Shown: positions 17,344 through 27,326, counted from the first letter of the stretch. The stretch is 64,000 bases of DNA from Dehalococcoidia bacterium (GCA_963665775.2 CAXXTF010000002.1:1248001-1312000), one strand, 5' to 3'. Notes: generated by a model not told the origin, from the sequence alone. Numbers and translations are program-made.

Positions 17344-18306
17344 GTGGGTATAATAGGTTCGCGACATCAGTCAGGCCGGAGTGGCAGCCTTCCGGCCGCC
17401 CTCTGCCGTAACTCCTATATTGTCGCGGCGACGCTGCTCGCCGGGCTCGCCGGGCTGCTACTGTTTCTCGAGACGCCCAACGTCGACACGAGCGCCAGGC
17501 CGGCTTGGGCCGCTCAGGAGCTCTCGCCCCCACTGAAGCTACCGTGGCAGGACGGACAGGCCTGGCTGACCGGTGTTTCCGGATTCCATACAGCAAAAGA
17601 TGCCCTGGACTTCCTGCCCCCTGACTCTCCTCTCAATCTGGCGGTGACCTGTGAGGGCGGCCCCGGTTGGGTGCCGGCGGAATCGGAGTTTTGGGTCGTC
17701 GCTGCCGCAGCGGGAACGGTTACGCAGGCCAGCGATAACGTCGTTGTGATCGATCACGGTAACGGCTGGACCACCGGCTACTACCACCTGCACAGCTTTC
17801 AGGTACAGCCGGGCGACACCGTCCCTCCCAAATGGACGCTCGGCCACCCCTCAAACTACGGCGACTGCTCGACGGGCCCGCAGGTCCACTTCTGGGCACT
17901 GGGACCCGACGGACAGACCCTACGCGACCTGATGATATCCGGAGGGGAGGCGATGGAAATTGGTATTAACGTGGCGATCAGCGACACCGGTAACTTTCCT
18001 CCGGCGTCGAGCCCCTCTCCTACACCTACGCCTACTCCCACGCCTACGCCTTTGGCCGTCCTCAAGGGCGACGTGGACTGCGATGGCGATGTCGACGCCG
18101 TGGACGCGCTCAAGGAGCTACGACATGTTGCCGGGCTACCCATTAGCCAGGTGGAGCCATGCCACGACATCGGCGCCGCCGGCGCCTCCACCTTCGGTGA
18201 CGTCGACTGCGACGATGACGTCGACGCCGTGGACTCCCTCAGGATCCTCCGTCACGTGGCGAATCTGCCGACCGGCCAGGAGCCGTCCTGCCCTCCGATG
18301 GGGTAG
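17344..18306 (+). CDS. Exported M23-peptidase-fold protein with PT linker and C-terminal dockerin-like domain
   Basis: VVAAAAGTV, IDHGNGWTTGYYHL, STGPQVHF; two GDVDCDxDVDAVD repeats; start uncertain. Confidence 0.8.
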   Translation: MGIIGSRHQSGRSGSLPAALCRNSYIVAATLLAGLAGLLLFLETPNVDTSARPAWAAQELSPPLKLPWQDGQAWLTGVSGFHTAKDALDFLPPDSPLNLAVTCEGGPGWVPAESEFWVVAAAAGTVTQASDNVVVIDHGNGWTTGYYHLHSFQVQPGDTVPPKWTLGHPSNYGDCSTGPQVHFWALGPDGQTLRDLMISGGEAMEIGINVAISDTGNFPPASSPSPTPTPTPTPTPLAVLKGDVDCDGDVDAVDALKELRHVAGLPISQVEPCHDIGAAGASTFGDVDCDDDVDAVDSLRILRHVANLPTGQEPSCPPMG

Positions 18307-18452
18307 CCAGCAAGCCACCGGCCGCCGTCCGAACGAGCACGAGCTTCCGGAAAGCGTTTCGTGACCGGAGATGCGGCCTTCGCCGTCTATGCGGGCCGCC
18401 GGCCGAGGGTGGCAAGCGACCCAGAAGCCGGCGAGTGGTAAAATCGCGGTTG

Positions 18453-19031
18453 ATGCGCAAGACACTTGGAGTGGCTCTCGCGGCGGCGGCCGTGGCGATT
18501 CTAGCAGCCTGTGGTGGCGGCGACGATGCGGTATCGTCGCCGACCCCGGCAGGCACGGCCACGCCAACGCCGACAGCCACTGCTGATGCGACAGCGACAG
18601 CGACACCCACGCCCCTCGCTACGTCCGCCCCTACACCGACCGCCGCTCCCACGGCATCGCCCACAACTGCTCCTGCGGGCAGCCCCTACTCCCTCGCCGA
18701 CCTAGAGAGGGAATGGGAGGGCAGGGGCATCGCCATGACCCTGGGTGACCCCAGCACCGGCCTGAGCGGCTTTGGCGGCACCGCCACAGACGTGCGCTTG
18801 ACCAAAGGCGACGACACGATGGACCTCTCGATCTTGGTCTACGGAAGTTCCGAAGCCGGAAACGAGGACTGGGAACTCACCCCGGGAGAGGCGCCGACGG
18901 CCAAGCTGGGCCGCAACCTCCCGGAGCACGTTTCCACCTGGTGGAACGAAAACGTCGTCGTCGTGGTAATTTCGAGATCGGGTGACATCGACACCGATGT
19001 CCTGGCGGGCTTCCTCGACCTGGGCTCTTAG
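18453..19031 (+). CDS. Lipoprotein with Pro/Thr/Ala-rich linker
   Basis: ILAAC lipobox, TPT repeats. Confidence 0.75.
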   Translation: MRKTLGVALAAAAVAILAACGGGDDAVSSPTPAGTATPTPTATADATATATPTPLATSAPTPTAAPTASPTTAPAGSPYSLADLEREWEGRGIAMTLGDPSTGLSGFGGTATDVRLTKGDDTMDLSILVYGSSEAGNEDWELTPGEAPTAKLGRNLPEHVSTWWNENVVVVVISRSGDIDTDVLAGFLDLGS

Positions 19032-19040
19032 CCCGCGACC

Positions 19041-19598
19041 TCAATCCCGCCGGCGCCCAGCCTCCTTCAGCGCTCGCCAGACCTGTGGGTCCGAAGAGAG
19101 AAAGCGTACGACCTGGCTGGTGCTGATACCAAGCGCTCGGGCCGCCCCCGCGTAGCTCCCGTTGGCCGCTGCCAGGGCGTCCAGCACCGTCGCGACAACC
19201 AGGGGATAGGCCCTGTTGCGTCGGTTGACGGACAGGCGGCCGTTAGGGCCTCGCTGAGCCGTAAACTCAGGGGCTAGAGACGGCGACGCTAGATCGAATG
19301 GCGCCCTTAGCTCCAGCGCCAGGCGCTCGCGGAGGCGCCGCAGGGCCCTGGTCCGGTTCTCCCCCAGCATGCGCGACTCCTCCGCCTGAGCGATGAGACC
19401 CGTGGGCCCATGCTGAAGGCGGACGGCGGTCTCCACCTTGTTACGCCGCTGACCGCCGGGCCCGCTCGCCCGGTAGCGCCCCTCCCGACACTCCTTCCGG
19501 AGGGCAGCGTCGTCGAGACGCAGCCAGGCGTCCCTGCGGAGGGCGTAATCGTAATCTCTGCTCGCGCCGGTCACAGGATGGCCCCGACCCGGGGGCAC
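19041..19598 (-). CDS. Peptide chain release factor-like protein (RF-1 GGQ domain plus C-terminal HTH-like region)
   Basis: RASGPGGQRRNKVETAVRL, AEESR..NR..AL.RL. Confidence 0.85.
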   Translation of the reverse strand: MPPGRGHPVTGASRDYDYALRRDAWLRLDDAALRKECREGRYRASGPGGQRRNKVETAVRLQHGPTGLIAQAEESRMLGENRTRALRRLRERLALELRAPFDLASPSLAPEFTAQRGPNGRLSVNRRNRAYPLVVATVLDALAAANGSYAGAARALGISTSQVVRFLSSDPQVWRALKEAGRRRD

Positions 19599-19599
19599 G

Positions 19600-20985
19600 C
19601 TACGCTAGCTGACGATAGCTTGGCCGGAAAGCCCAGACCAGGGCGACATAGACGATGATGATGGCGGCGGCCCCCGTGACCGCAGTGGCGATGCCGATGT
19701 GGTCGGCGAGGAACCCCATCGGCAGAATCGACAGCGGCATCAGCGAGAAGGTCATCATATAAACGCTCATGACCCGGCCGCGCATTTCGTGGGGGGTGCT
19801 GGTCATGATCATCGTGTTGTTAAGGGCCATGAACATCTGAGAGGTCATGCCAACCAGCGGCAGGAGTAACAGTCCCAGCCAGAACGCGCCAAACAGGCCG
19901 CTGGTAAAACCGAACAGGAACAGGCTGCTGCCGAACGCTAGGGCCGCCAGAAGCTGGGTGCGTCCACGGCTGCTCATGTTGGCGGCACGGGAGGCGACCC
20001 AGAGACTGCCCACTACCGCCCCCACGCCGGAAACGGCCAGGAGGAAGCCGAAGCCCAGTGGCCCCTGGTCGAACACATCACCGGCGAACACCGGCATGAG
20101 CATCTGAACCGGCATCCCGAACAGGATGAGCAAGAAGCCCATCCCAATCAGGGTCCGTAGAGTCGAGCTGCGGCGAATATAGGAGAGGCCGGAGAAGAGG
20201 TCCGTCATCACTGGGCGGTTGACCTTGCCGCGCCAGCTGCCGGACATCGGGACCTTGAACAAGGTGATGACTGATATCACATAGGTGAACGCTATAAGGA
20301 AAAATACGCCTTCAATACCGACGAACGGTATGGCAACTAGCGGGCCGGCGAGGGCGGGGCCCAGGATGCGCGTCAGGTTCATGCCGGCGCTGTTGAGGGC
20401 GATGGCGTTCATCAGCTCGTCCTCGCCTACCAGCTCGGGGAGGATCGCCTGCCGGCTGGGCATGTTGAAGGCGAAGATAGTGCCCTGTAGCAGCCCCATC
20501 ACCACCAGGTGCCAAACCTGGATCGCCCCCGTAAGTACCAGCACCGCCACAACGGCCGCCAGCACACCGGTCAGGCCCTGAGCGGCAATGATGATGTTGC
20601 GCTTCTCCAGGCGGTCCGCAGCCACTCCCCCAAACAGCGAAAAGAAGAACATGGGCAGACCAAAGGAGCTGGAGACGATCCCGATACTGGCGGCGCTTCC
20701 GGTTAGCTCCCAGGTCAGCCAGCCCCTGGCGATCTGCTGCATCATCATGCCCATGAAGGACGCAGTCATACTGATGTACAGGTAGCGGTACCCGCGAATC
20801 CTCAGAGAGGAGAAGGTGCGTGCCCAGCCCTCGCGAGTGGTGGGAAGGGGCACGGCCCCGCCACGACCAGCTGCCACCTCCGCGGCCTCCCCACCCCCCG
20901 TGCCAGCGGTGTTGATCACGCCATGATCGGCCACGCCTTCAGGTTCGGCACGTACGGTTACTACTTCATCGCGAGGGCTCTCCAT
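19600..20985 (-). CDS. MFS transporter
   Basis: About 12 TM helices; GGVAADRLEKR, PSRQAILPELV, MRGRVMS. Confidence 0.92.
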   Translation of the reverse strand: MESPRDEVVTVRAEPEGVADHGVINTAGTGGGEAAEVAAGRGGAVPLPTTREGWARTFSSLRIRGYRYLYISMTASFMGMMMQQIARGWLTWELTGSAASIGIVSSSFGLPMFFFSLFGGVAADRLEKRNIIIAAQGLTGVLAAVVAVLVLTGAIQVWHLVVMGLLQGTIFAFNMPSRQAILPELVGEDELMNAIALNSAGMNLTRILGPALAGPLVAIPFVGIEGVFFLIAFTYVISVITLFKVPMSGSWRGKVNRPVMTDLFSGLSYIRRSSTLRTLIGMGFLLILFGMPVQMLMPVFAGDVFDQGPLGFGFLLAVSGVGAVVGSLWVASRAANMSSRGRTQLLAALAFGSSLFLFGFTSGLFGAFWLGLLLLPLVGMTSQMFMALNNTMIMTSTPHEMRGRVMSVYMMTFSLMPLSILPMGFLADHIGIATAVTGAAAIIIVYVALVWAFRPSYRQLA

Positions 20986-21131
20986 CAGTTCTCTCTAAAC
21001 ACCGGTCTTAAGCGTACAATCTCACCTTGCAAGTCGCTACCGCTAGGCAGGGAAGGATTATCCTTAACGGTAACGTCAACTATATCCTAGGCTAACACAG
21101 AAGGAGCGATAGTCACAGCCACCTGACTCAC

Positions 21132-21150
21132 ATATTGTCGGCGACAATAT
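21132..21150. promoter_or_regulatory. Palindromic operator candidate
   Basis: ATATTGTCG-G-CGACAATAT perfect 9-1-9 inverted repeat in a divergent intergenic region. Confidence 0.55.
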
Positions 21151-21284
21151 CGATAGGCCAGCTCGGATCATCTGGACTTTCGCGATCAGACCGCCCTTCC
21201 CAGGCCAGCGATCACCTGAGCAGCCGGAACCTCCTGCACGATCGCCGCTCAGGCGTATAATCGGCAGCGTCTAAGGGAGGCAAC

Positions 21285-21542
21285 ATGAGCGCTAGCACGT
21301 TTCTGATCCTCGGAGCTGTCTTCCTTCTCCTCGCCTGGTCCGTCTCGTCTGTAGGCCTGCCGCGGGCGGTGCCAAACCTCCTACGAACCGTTGTCACGGT
21401 CGTACTCGTCCTGGCCGCCGTCCGGGTCGGGTGGAGCATCGCCATCATCGCCTTCGACTCATCACCCATCTCCCTCCTGATCCCGATATCCTTCGGCATC
21501 GCAGCCTGGTGGCTCAGGCCGAAGCGCAGTCCGATCGGCTAG
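21285..21542 (+). CDS. Small hypothetical membrane protein (3 TM)
   Basis: AAGGGAGG SD, upstream TATAAT, hydrophobic sequence. Confidence 0.65.
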   Translation: MSASTFLILGAVFLLLAWSVSSVGLPRAVPNLLRTVVTVVLVLAAVRVGWSIAIIAFDSSPISLLIPISFGIAAWWLRPKRSPIG

Positions 21543-21866
21543 GCATAACGCGTCCTTGACCTGAACGGCCGGGCGGAGAGAGGAGCCGGCCGGTCAGCCC
21601 AGCCGCGGCGCCAGTGAGCCTATCGCGGCCTCATCCAACGCTTTCGCCACCGCGTCGCTGACGGCGCCAACCCGGGAATGAAACCCACGCACTTCCCTTT
21701 AACGCTAGGGTTATGGTATTGTAGGCGCATATGGTCAGCAGGAAGGAACCCCGAGCCTCTGCTAGGGCCTGGAACTCATCCAATCTACTCATTAGGCGTA
21801 TTCTTATCTCCTCGCTTGGCGACCCGGAACCGGCGCGGCGGATAGATCGCCACTAGAAGAAGGCCA

Positions 21867-22562
21867 ATGGGAAGCATAATCGACCTGCACATCCACACCG
21901 TCGTCGGCTCGCTGGACAGCGGCATATCAGCGAAGCGGCTGGCCGAGGGGGCCAAGGCCGCTGGTCTAACGGGGGTGGTACTCTCAGAGCACCAGACACA
22001 GTGGTCACCGGAGGAGGCTGAGCGGTTCAGTGAGGAGAGCGGGCTGTTTGTGTTCGCCGCTCGCGAGTGGGCCACGGACATGGGCCACGTAATCACGCTG
22101 GGGCTAGAGCGGCAGGTGCAGGGGATCATCAGGGTGCGGGAGCTGCGCCAGGTCTGCCAGGACAAGGGCGCCTACATGATCATGTGTCACCCGTTCCGCT
22201 ACTTCCCTGGACCCTCCAACTTCCTGTTTGGCAACCGCCGGCAGTCCGATGGGCTGTCGTTGGAGGAGATGGCTGGGCACCCCTTCTTCTCGCTGGTGGA
22301 TGCCGTGGAGGTCCTCAACGGCGGATGCACCGACCGCGAAAACCGTATAGCCCAAAAGGTGGCGGGCCACCTGAAGATGCCAGCAACGGCGGGCGGCGAT
22401 CTACACTGGCCGATGGAGATAGGACGCCGCTACGCGAACCTCTTCGAGAAGGATATTACGACCGCCGAAGAGTTTTTGGAGGAGATGTGGGCCGGCCGGT
22501 TCTCTCCCGCGCTACGGGTGGATGACACCTTCGTTCCGCTGGAGGAGACGGTAAAGCCCTAG
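21867..22562 (+). CDS. PHP-domain metal-dependent phosphoesterase
   Basis: DLHIHT, GHV, CHPFR, GGDLH. Confidence 0.85.
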   Translation: MGSIIDLHIHTVVGSLDSGISAKRLAEGAKAAGLTGVVLSEHQTQWSPEEAERFSEESGLFVFAAREWATDMGHVITLGLERQVQGIIRVRELRQVCQDKGAYMIMCHPFRYFPGPSNFLFGNRRQSDGLSLEEMAGHPFFSLVDAVEVLNGGCTDRENRIAQKVAGHLKMPATAGGDLHWPMEIGRRYANLFEKDITTAEEFLEEMWAGRFSPALRVDDTFVPLEETVKP

Positions 22563-22563
22563 C

Positions 22564-23022
22564 CTAGCGCCGGCGACGAAAGATGCCGGTAACCTGGTCC
22601 CAGACACCACCCTTGCGGCCGCCGCCCTTCATACCGTCGATGAACCGATCCCAGGACGCTTCGGCGGAGGCGGAGCGATCTAGCCCCCTAATCCGCTCCT
22701 CGATGATGTCCCTGACGCGGCCTTCTTCGCCGGCGTCCAGCCAGAACCCGTGCTCCTCCTCGCAGCTGTCCAGCTCCAGGTTGTAAGCGCGGTAGTTGAA
22801 GGCGGTCATCCGCTTGTCGCAGACGGGGCAGTGCAGCTCGCTCTGGCGCTTGGCGTACCGGACGGTGGCCCTCCGCTGCTCCGGTGTGGAAGTCACGGTG
22901 GCCTCCAGTTCGTCGAGTTGATGGTGGCCTAGCCAACGGCCGTTGCAGGACGGACAGTGGTCGACTTCCATGCCATGATGGTACTCAACGGCCAACTCTA
23001 CCTTGCAGCGGGGGCATTGCAT
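22564..23022 (-). CDS. zf-TFIIB-type double zinc-ribbon protein
   Basis: CPRC..CPSCNGRWL and CPVC..C...GFWLDAGE. Confidence 0.82.
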   Translation of the reverse strand: MQCPRCKVELAVEYHHGMEVDHCPSCNGRWLGHHQLDELEATVTSTPEQRRATVRYAKRQSELHCPVCDKRMTAFNYRAYNLELDSCEEEHGFWLDAGEEGRVRDIIEERIRGLDRSASAEASWDRFIDGMKGGGRKGGVWDQVTGIFRRRR

Positions 23023-23098
23023 ACCGGCTCGCTCCTCTCCTGCTTAAGGATACGAGCCTAGGGTAGCACAGGATGGCAACGGCCAGTAAGGCGGCGGC

Positions 23099-23257
23099 TC
23101 AGGAGCCGGTCCCAGGCACGACGTCCGGCCCCTCGTTCAGACTGCCTGGGCGGTTGCCGGCCAGGTCCAGGGCGAGGTAGAGGTAGCCCAGGGCCTTCAG
23201 TCGCTCCACCACCTCGACGGGCCGGAGCTTCTCTTCCGGGCCCACTTTGGTGGTCAT
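23099..23257 (-). pseudogene. 52-aa ORF resembling the C-terminus of LarE (TIGR00268-type) proteins
   Basis: VVERLKALGYLYLALDLAGNRPGSLNE; SD-like GGTGAGGGG before the ATG. Confidence 0.55.
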
Positions 23258-23359
23258 GGCCCCTCACCATGGCAGGCCCGGCCCAAGGCTGACACAGGGG
23301 CATAGCGACCCAGTAGCAGCAACCAACAACGAATATTGAGCCGTCTCTCGGCTCACACC

Positions 23360-23388
23360 TGTAACTGGCCGCAGAGGGGCGCGTCTTA
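23360..23388 (+). promoter_or_regulatory. ECF-like promoter motif copy
   Basis: TGTAAC-N16-CGTCTTA. Confidence 0.6.
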
Positions 23389-23530
23389 CTCATTGGACGG
23401 CGCGAAAAGCGCCACGATGCGCCGCCCTGGGCTTCCCAACAGAAGTGCCCCGGACGAGCGATCAGATAACGGAGGGATCTGCCCTGAACGAAGCGAAAGG
23501 ACCCCAAACGGGTACCAATCGAGTGCTGGC

Positions 23531-24406
23531 ATGCAGACCGCACCACCTCATTTGAGCGACCTGACCCCCGATAGCCGCCTGGTCTCCGAGAGCGAACTGG
23601 CCCGCGAGGAGGCCAAGATCAACCGGGTGTCATGGGCCAGCCTGGTCGTCGCGGTCGCCCTCGCGGCGGCGGCGGCGGTCTTCCTCGTGCTGACCGAGGC
23701 GGATCGTTCATGGCAGCATCTGGTGTACCCGCTGCTTGTCGCCTTGCCCCTGGCGTACGGTATCGTCTCTGCCCGCTATACCCGCCGAATGCATGTCAGC
23801 CTCCTTCATCGACATCAGGCTAGCCTACTGATCCGCAGCGCGGAGCTACAGGAAGAGGCATCGAAGGACGAGCTGACTAAACTGTACAACCGCCGTTACT
23901 TCTACGAATGTCTTCAGGCCCAGCTAGGGAGAGCGCGCGCCAGGAAGGAACCGCTTGCCCTGCTCCTCCTGGACATTGACGGTCTGAAGGGGATCAACGA
24001 CGAGTATGGCCACCGGGTAGGCGACACGGTCATCGCTAATCTAGGAAAACTCATCGCCAAACTCACCCGTAACTCGGACGCACCGGCCCGCCTGGGTGGG
24101 GACGAGTTCGGAGTGGTCATGTCGGCCACAGACAAACGGGGCGCCTTCGCTATGGCCCAGCGCCTGTGGCAGGAGCTAGAGCAGACCCCTATGTTCGAGG
24201 CTAACGGCACGAGCATCATAATCAACGTCTCTATCGGCGTGTCGGGGTTCCCCTGGGGCGGCGAGGACGTGGACGAGATGATGCACTGGGCCGATGCCGA
24301 CATGTACGTCAACAAGGCCTCGCGGCGTCTGCCACCCCAACCCGTGCCAGCCAGGGGGCCCGGTGACCTCGACGCCTTACCGGGCGATCCCATCGCAGGG
24401 ATCTAG
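23531..24406 (+). CDS. Membrane diguanylate cyclase (2 TM + GGDEF)
   Basis: DELTKLYNRR, RNSD I-site, RLGGDEF; ATG at 23531 preferred over the long ORF start. Confidence 0.9.
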   Translation: MQTAPPHLSDLTPDSRLVSESELAREEAKINRVSWASLVVAVALAAAAAVFLVLTEADRSWQHLVYPLLVALPLAYGIVSARYTRRMHVSLLHRHQASLLIRSAELQEEASKDELTKLYNRRYFYECLQAQLGRARARKEPLALLLLDIDGLKGINDEYGHRVGDTVIANLGKLIAKLTRNSDAPARLGGDEFGVVMSATDKRGAFAMAQRLWQELEQTPMFEANGTSIIINVSIGVSGFPWGGEDVDEMMHWADADMYVNKASRRLPPQPVPARGPGDLDALPGDPIAGI

Positions 24407-24577
24407 AGAGGCTGAAGAGAACGAGCCCAGAAAGGCCTCGCCAGTACCGTCGCCACCGCTACTCCCACCCGAGCCAGCGCTGTCAGCGTCCTAGCGCCAG
24501 GCGGCCGGCCTCGTCCGGCAACCGGCCTGGTATTAGCCCGGCTTCGGGAGGTATCACGACTCTCTTGCGCTACGGTT

Positions 24578-24606
24578 TGTAACGTTCGCCTGCCATCGTC
24601 GTCTGA
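24578..24606 (+). promoter_or_regulatory. ECF-like promoter motif copy
   Basis: TGTAAC-N16-CGTCTGA. Confidence 0.6.
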
Positions 24607-24666
24607 ACTTACGGCATCGTGTTTCCAGAAAGCGCCGGAGGGATATCCCAGAGACTGTCTGACCTT

Positions 24667-26211
24667 ATGAACCTGACGCGCAACGCAAATGTGACTCGCG
24701 CAACCGAATGCCTGTTGGCCCTGAGCGCCACGCTGGTTATTGGCGTCCTGGTAGCCTTCGATGGCAATATCCCCAGCGCTTTCACAACCCTCTTCTTCCT
24801 ACCCATTATCATCGTCGCCTACCGACAGCCGCTGCCCTTCTCACTGGTCTTAGCCGGCCTGGCGTCGCTATTTAGCAGCCCGGCCATGGGAGCAGTGGGA
24901 GTGGAGGTTAGGGAGTCGGTAAGGCCGGTGCTCTGGCTGGGCTGGCCGGCCATCTATCTATTCCTGGCTGTCAGCCTCAATGAGTGGGCCAGCATCCGCC
25001 AGCAGCGCCAGCATCTGGACACGATGCATGAGAGCCTGCTAGCGGTTCAGGCCCACAACGATAGACGGGAACAGGAGCTGGAAACCCTCTCCTCCATCCA
25101 TGTCACCACCCTCTCCGGTAGCAACCAGGGCTCCGTAATAGAAGAGACTGCCCTGCAAGTTGCCGAGGTCACAGGGGCCAAGATCTGTACCATAGTGATG
25201 CCCACCGGCGCCAACGGTGAGAATCCGCAGTCGTCCAATGGCTTCACAAGGGAGCTCTTCGACCGTGTCTACCCCAACGGCGCGCCACACGGCGAGGGAG
25301 TAGTGGGCTGGGCCTTGCTGCATCACCGCGTTGCCGCCTCCGGCAACGTGTTCCAGGACGCTCGCTATGACCGGCTTCGCGAGTTCGCCGTGGCGGCGGG
25401 CTTCACATCGGAGGCGGCGGCACCCATCGAGCTGGACCACGATATCTTCGGCGCCCTGGTCATCTGCTATGCGGAGGAGCGAACCTTCTCCTCGGAAGAG
25501 CTGACCCGTTTGGAACGGCTGGCCCGACAGACGGAGCTGGCCATCCGAAGTGTGCGCCAGCGGGAATCTCTTTCCAGCCTCGCCTTCGAGACGGCCCTGG
25601 CGCTGACCGAGGCCATCGAGAGCCGCGACCCCTACACAGGAGGCCATTGCCGCCGCCTCGCTGAGCAGGCCAGCCTGATCGCCCACAGATTGGCCCTGCC
25701 CAGTCGGGAAATCGAGATCGTACGGTTGGGCGCCGCCCTGCACGACATGGGCAAGATCGTAGTGCCGGATGCCGTCTTGAAAAAGTCCGCCAAGCTGACT
25801 CCGGAGGAGTACGCAATTGTCAAGCAGCACTGCTACTCGGGCGGCCAGATATGCAAGCGGGTGGGGTTCCTCAGGGACGCCTACCCCATCGTCTATCATC
25901 ATCACGAGCGGTGGGACGGAAGCGGCTACCCTGATGGTCTGAAAGGAGAGGGCATCCCTTTAGGCGCCCGCATCGTAGCCGTGGTAGACGCCCACGATTC
26001 CATGACCAACGACCGACCGTACCGGGACGCGCTGGAGACCGCGGAGGCGATAGAGATCCTGAAGGACGGGGCCGGCAGACACTGGGACCCCAACGTCGTG
26101 CGCACGTTCCTGGAGATGGTGGCAACAGAGCCCGATCCGGCCCCGCCGACCGGGCTAACCCCCCTCCTGCCCCTGGCGGACCACTTAGAGGAATTGGCTA
26201 GAGGCGGCTAG
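24667..26211 (+). CDS. Membrane GAF + HD-GYP c-di-GMP phosphodiesterase
   Basis: N-terminal TMs, GAF (GEGVVGW), RDPYTGGH, LHDMGK, HHERWDGSGYP; start could be 24619. Confidence 0.9.
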   Translation: MNLTRNANVTRATECLLALSATLVIGVLVAFDGNIPSAFTTLFFLPIIIVAYRQPLPFSLVLAGLASLFSSPAMGAVGVEVRESVRPVLWLGWPAIYLFLAVSLNEWASIRQQRQHLDTMHESLLAVQAHNDRREQELETLSSIHVTTLSGSNQGSVIEETALQVAEVTGAKICTIVMPTGANGENPQSSNGFTRELFDRVYPNGAPHGEGVVGWALLHHRVAASGNVFQDARYDRLREFAVAAGFTSEAAAPIELDHDIFGALVICYAEERTFSSEELTRLERLARQTELAIRSVRQRESLSSLAFETALALTEAIESRDPYTGGHCRRLAEQASLIAHRLALPSREIEIVRLGAALHDMGKIVVPDAVLKKSAKLTPEEYAIVKQHCYSGGQICKRVGFLRDAYPIVYHHHERWDGSGYPDGLKGEGIPLGARIVAVVDAHDSMTNDRPYRDALETAEAIEILKDGAGRHWDPNVVRTFLEMVATEPDPAPPTGLTPLLPLADHLEELARGG

Positions 26212-26258
26212 CCCCACTGGTACCCCAGCCGCCCCCATTTTCCCGGAGGGCTCCGGGT

Positions 26259-27326
26259 TCAGCGCTGCCAGAGCCTGAGCTGCTCCTCCTTCCCATCCTC
26301 CTCTAAACCTGAACAGTTGATGCCTAGCAGCCGGAAGCGATCGCCCGGACTGACCACCTTCGCCAGAAGCGATTCAGCCCTTCCCCTGATCTCGTCCGCG
26401 TCATCCGTGGGATCCGCTCGACTAGTCTGGCGAGTGATCGTGCGGAAGTCCGAGTAGCGGAGTTTCAGAGCTACGGTTCGCGCCTTGACGCGGCCCCTGG
26501 TCAGCCGACGGGCCACTCCGGCCGCGATGCGGCCGAGCTGTGCACACAGCTCCGGGCCATCGGCCAAATCGTTGGGGAAGGTGGTTTCAGCGCCCACGGA
26601 TTGGCGCCGATGCTCCGTCTCCAGCGGACGCTCGTCCAGCCCCTGCGCCATTCGTCGGAAGATGCCGCCGCGCGAACCGAACGGTCTCTCTAGCGCCGAC
26701 GGATCAGCGCCGGCAAGCTGACCCACTGTGTGGATGCCGGCGACAGCCAGGGCAGCCTCCGCTTTGGGCCCGATCCCCCACAGGGCCCGCACGGGCAGAG
26801 GCTCCAGGAAACCGGCCTCCCGGCCTATGGGAACGATGATGAGCCCGTCCGGCTTCCCCATATCGGAGGCGATCTTGGCCACGGTCTTATTGCTGGCCAC
26901 GCCTATCGAGACAGTGAGCCCCGCATTCCCTTTGACCTCCGCCTTCAGCTGGCGAGCCAGGGCCTCCGGACCGCCGTAGCGCTCCACCTGTTCCGTCACG
27001 TCCAAAAAAGCCTCGTCCAGCGACAGTGGCTCAACCAGGGGCGTGACCGAGCGAAAGGTGGCCATGACCCGACGAGAAACCTCGGCGTAGCGGTCGAACC
27101 GGGGCGAGACCCGCACCGCCTTCGGACAGAGCCGCAGGGCCCGACTCATCGCCATGGCCGAGCGGACCCCGAAGCGCCTCGCCTCGTAGGAGGCGGCCGC
27201 GACGACACCCCGGGCCGCCGGCGCCCCGCCCACCACGACCGGCGTCCCGCGCAGCTCCGGCCGGTCCATCTGCTCGACGGCGGCGAAGAAGGCGTCCAGA
27301 TCGGCGTGAACGATGGTGCGGCTCAT
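26259..27326 (-). CDS. dinB: DNA polymerase IV
   Basis: HADLDAFFAAVE, SYEARRFG, SLDEAFLD, SDMGKPDG; C-terminal clamp-binding-like QLRLW. Confidence 0.95.
   Translation of the reverse strand: MSRTIVHADLDAFFAAVEQMDRPELRGTPVVVGGAPAARGVVAAASYEARRFGVRSAMAMSRALRLCPKAVRVSPRFDRYAEVSRRVMATFRSVTPLVEPLSLDEAFLDVTEQVERYGGPEALARQLKAEVKGNAGLTVSIGVASNKTVAKIASDMGKPDGLIIVPIGREAGFLEPLPVRALWGIGPKAEAALAVAGIHTVGQLAGADPSALERPFGSRGGIFRRMAQGLDERPLETEHRRQSVGAETTFPNDLADGPELCAQLGRIAAGVARRLTRGRVKARTVALKLRYSDFRTITRQTSRADPTDDADEIRGRAESLLAKVVSPGDRFRLLGINCSGLEEDGKEEQLRLWQR

Noticed and set aside
18010-18680. Short tandem repeats as a possible CRISPR array or VNTR
   Set aside because: They are Pro/Thr linker codons inside CDSs; no repeat-spacer array was seen in the window
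21631-21792. 53-aa minus-strand ORF MSRLDEFQALAEARG...
   Set aside because: No recognisable motif and weak SD spacing; may be a decayed fragment but is not supportable
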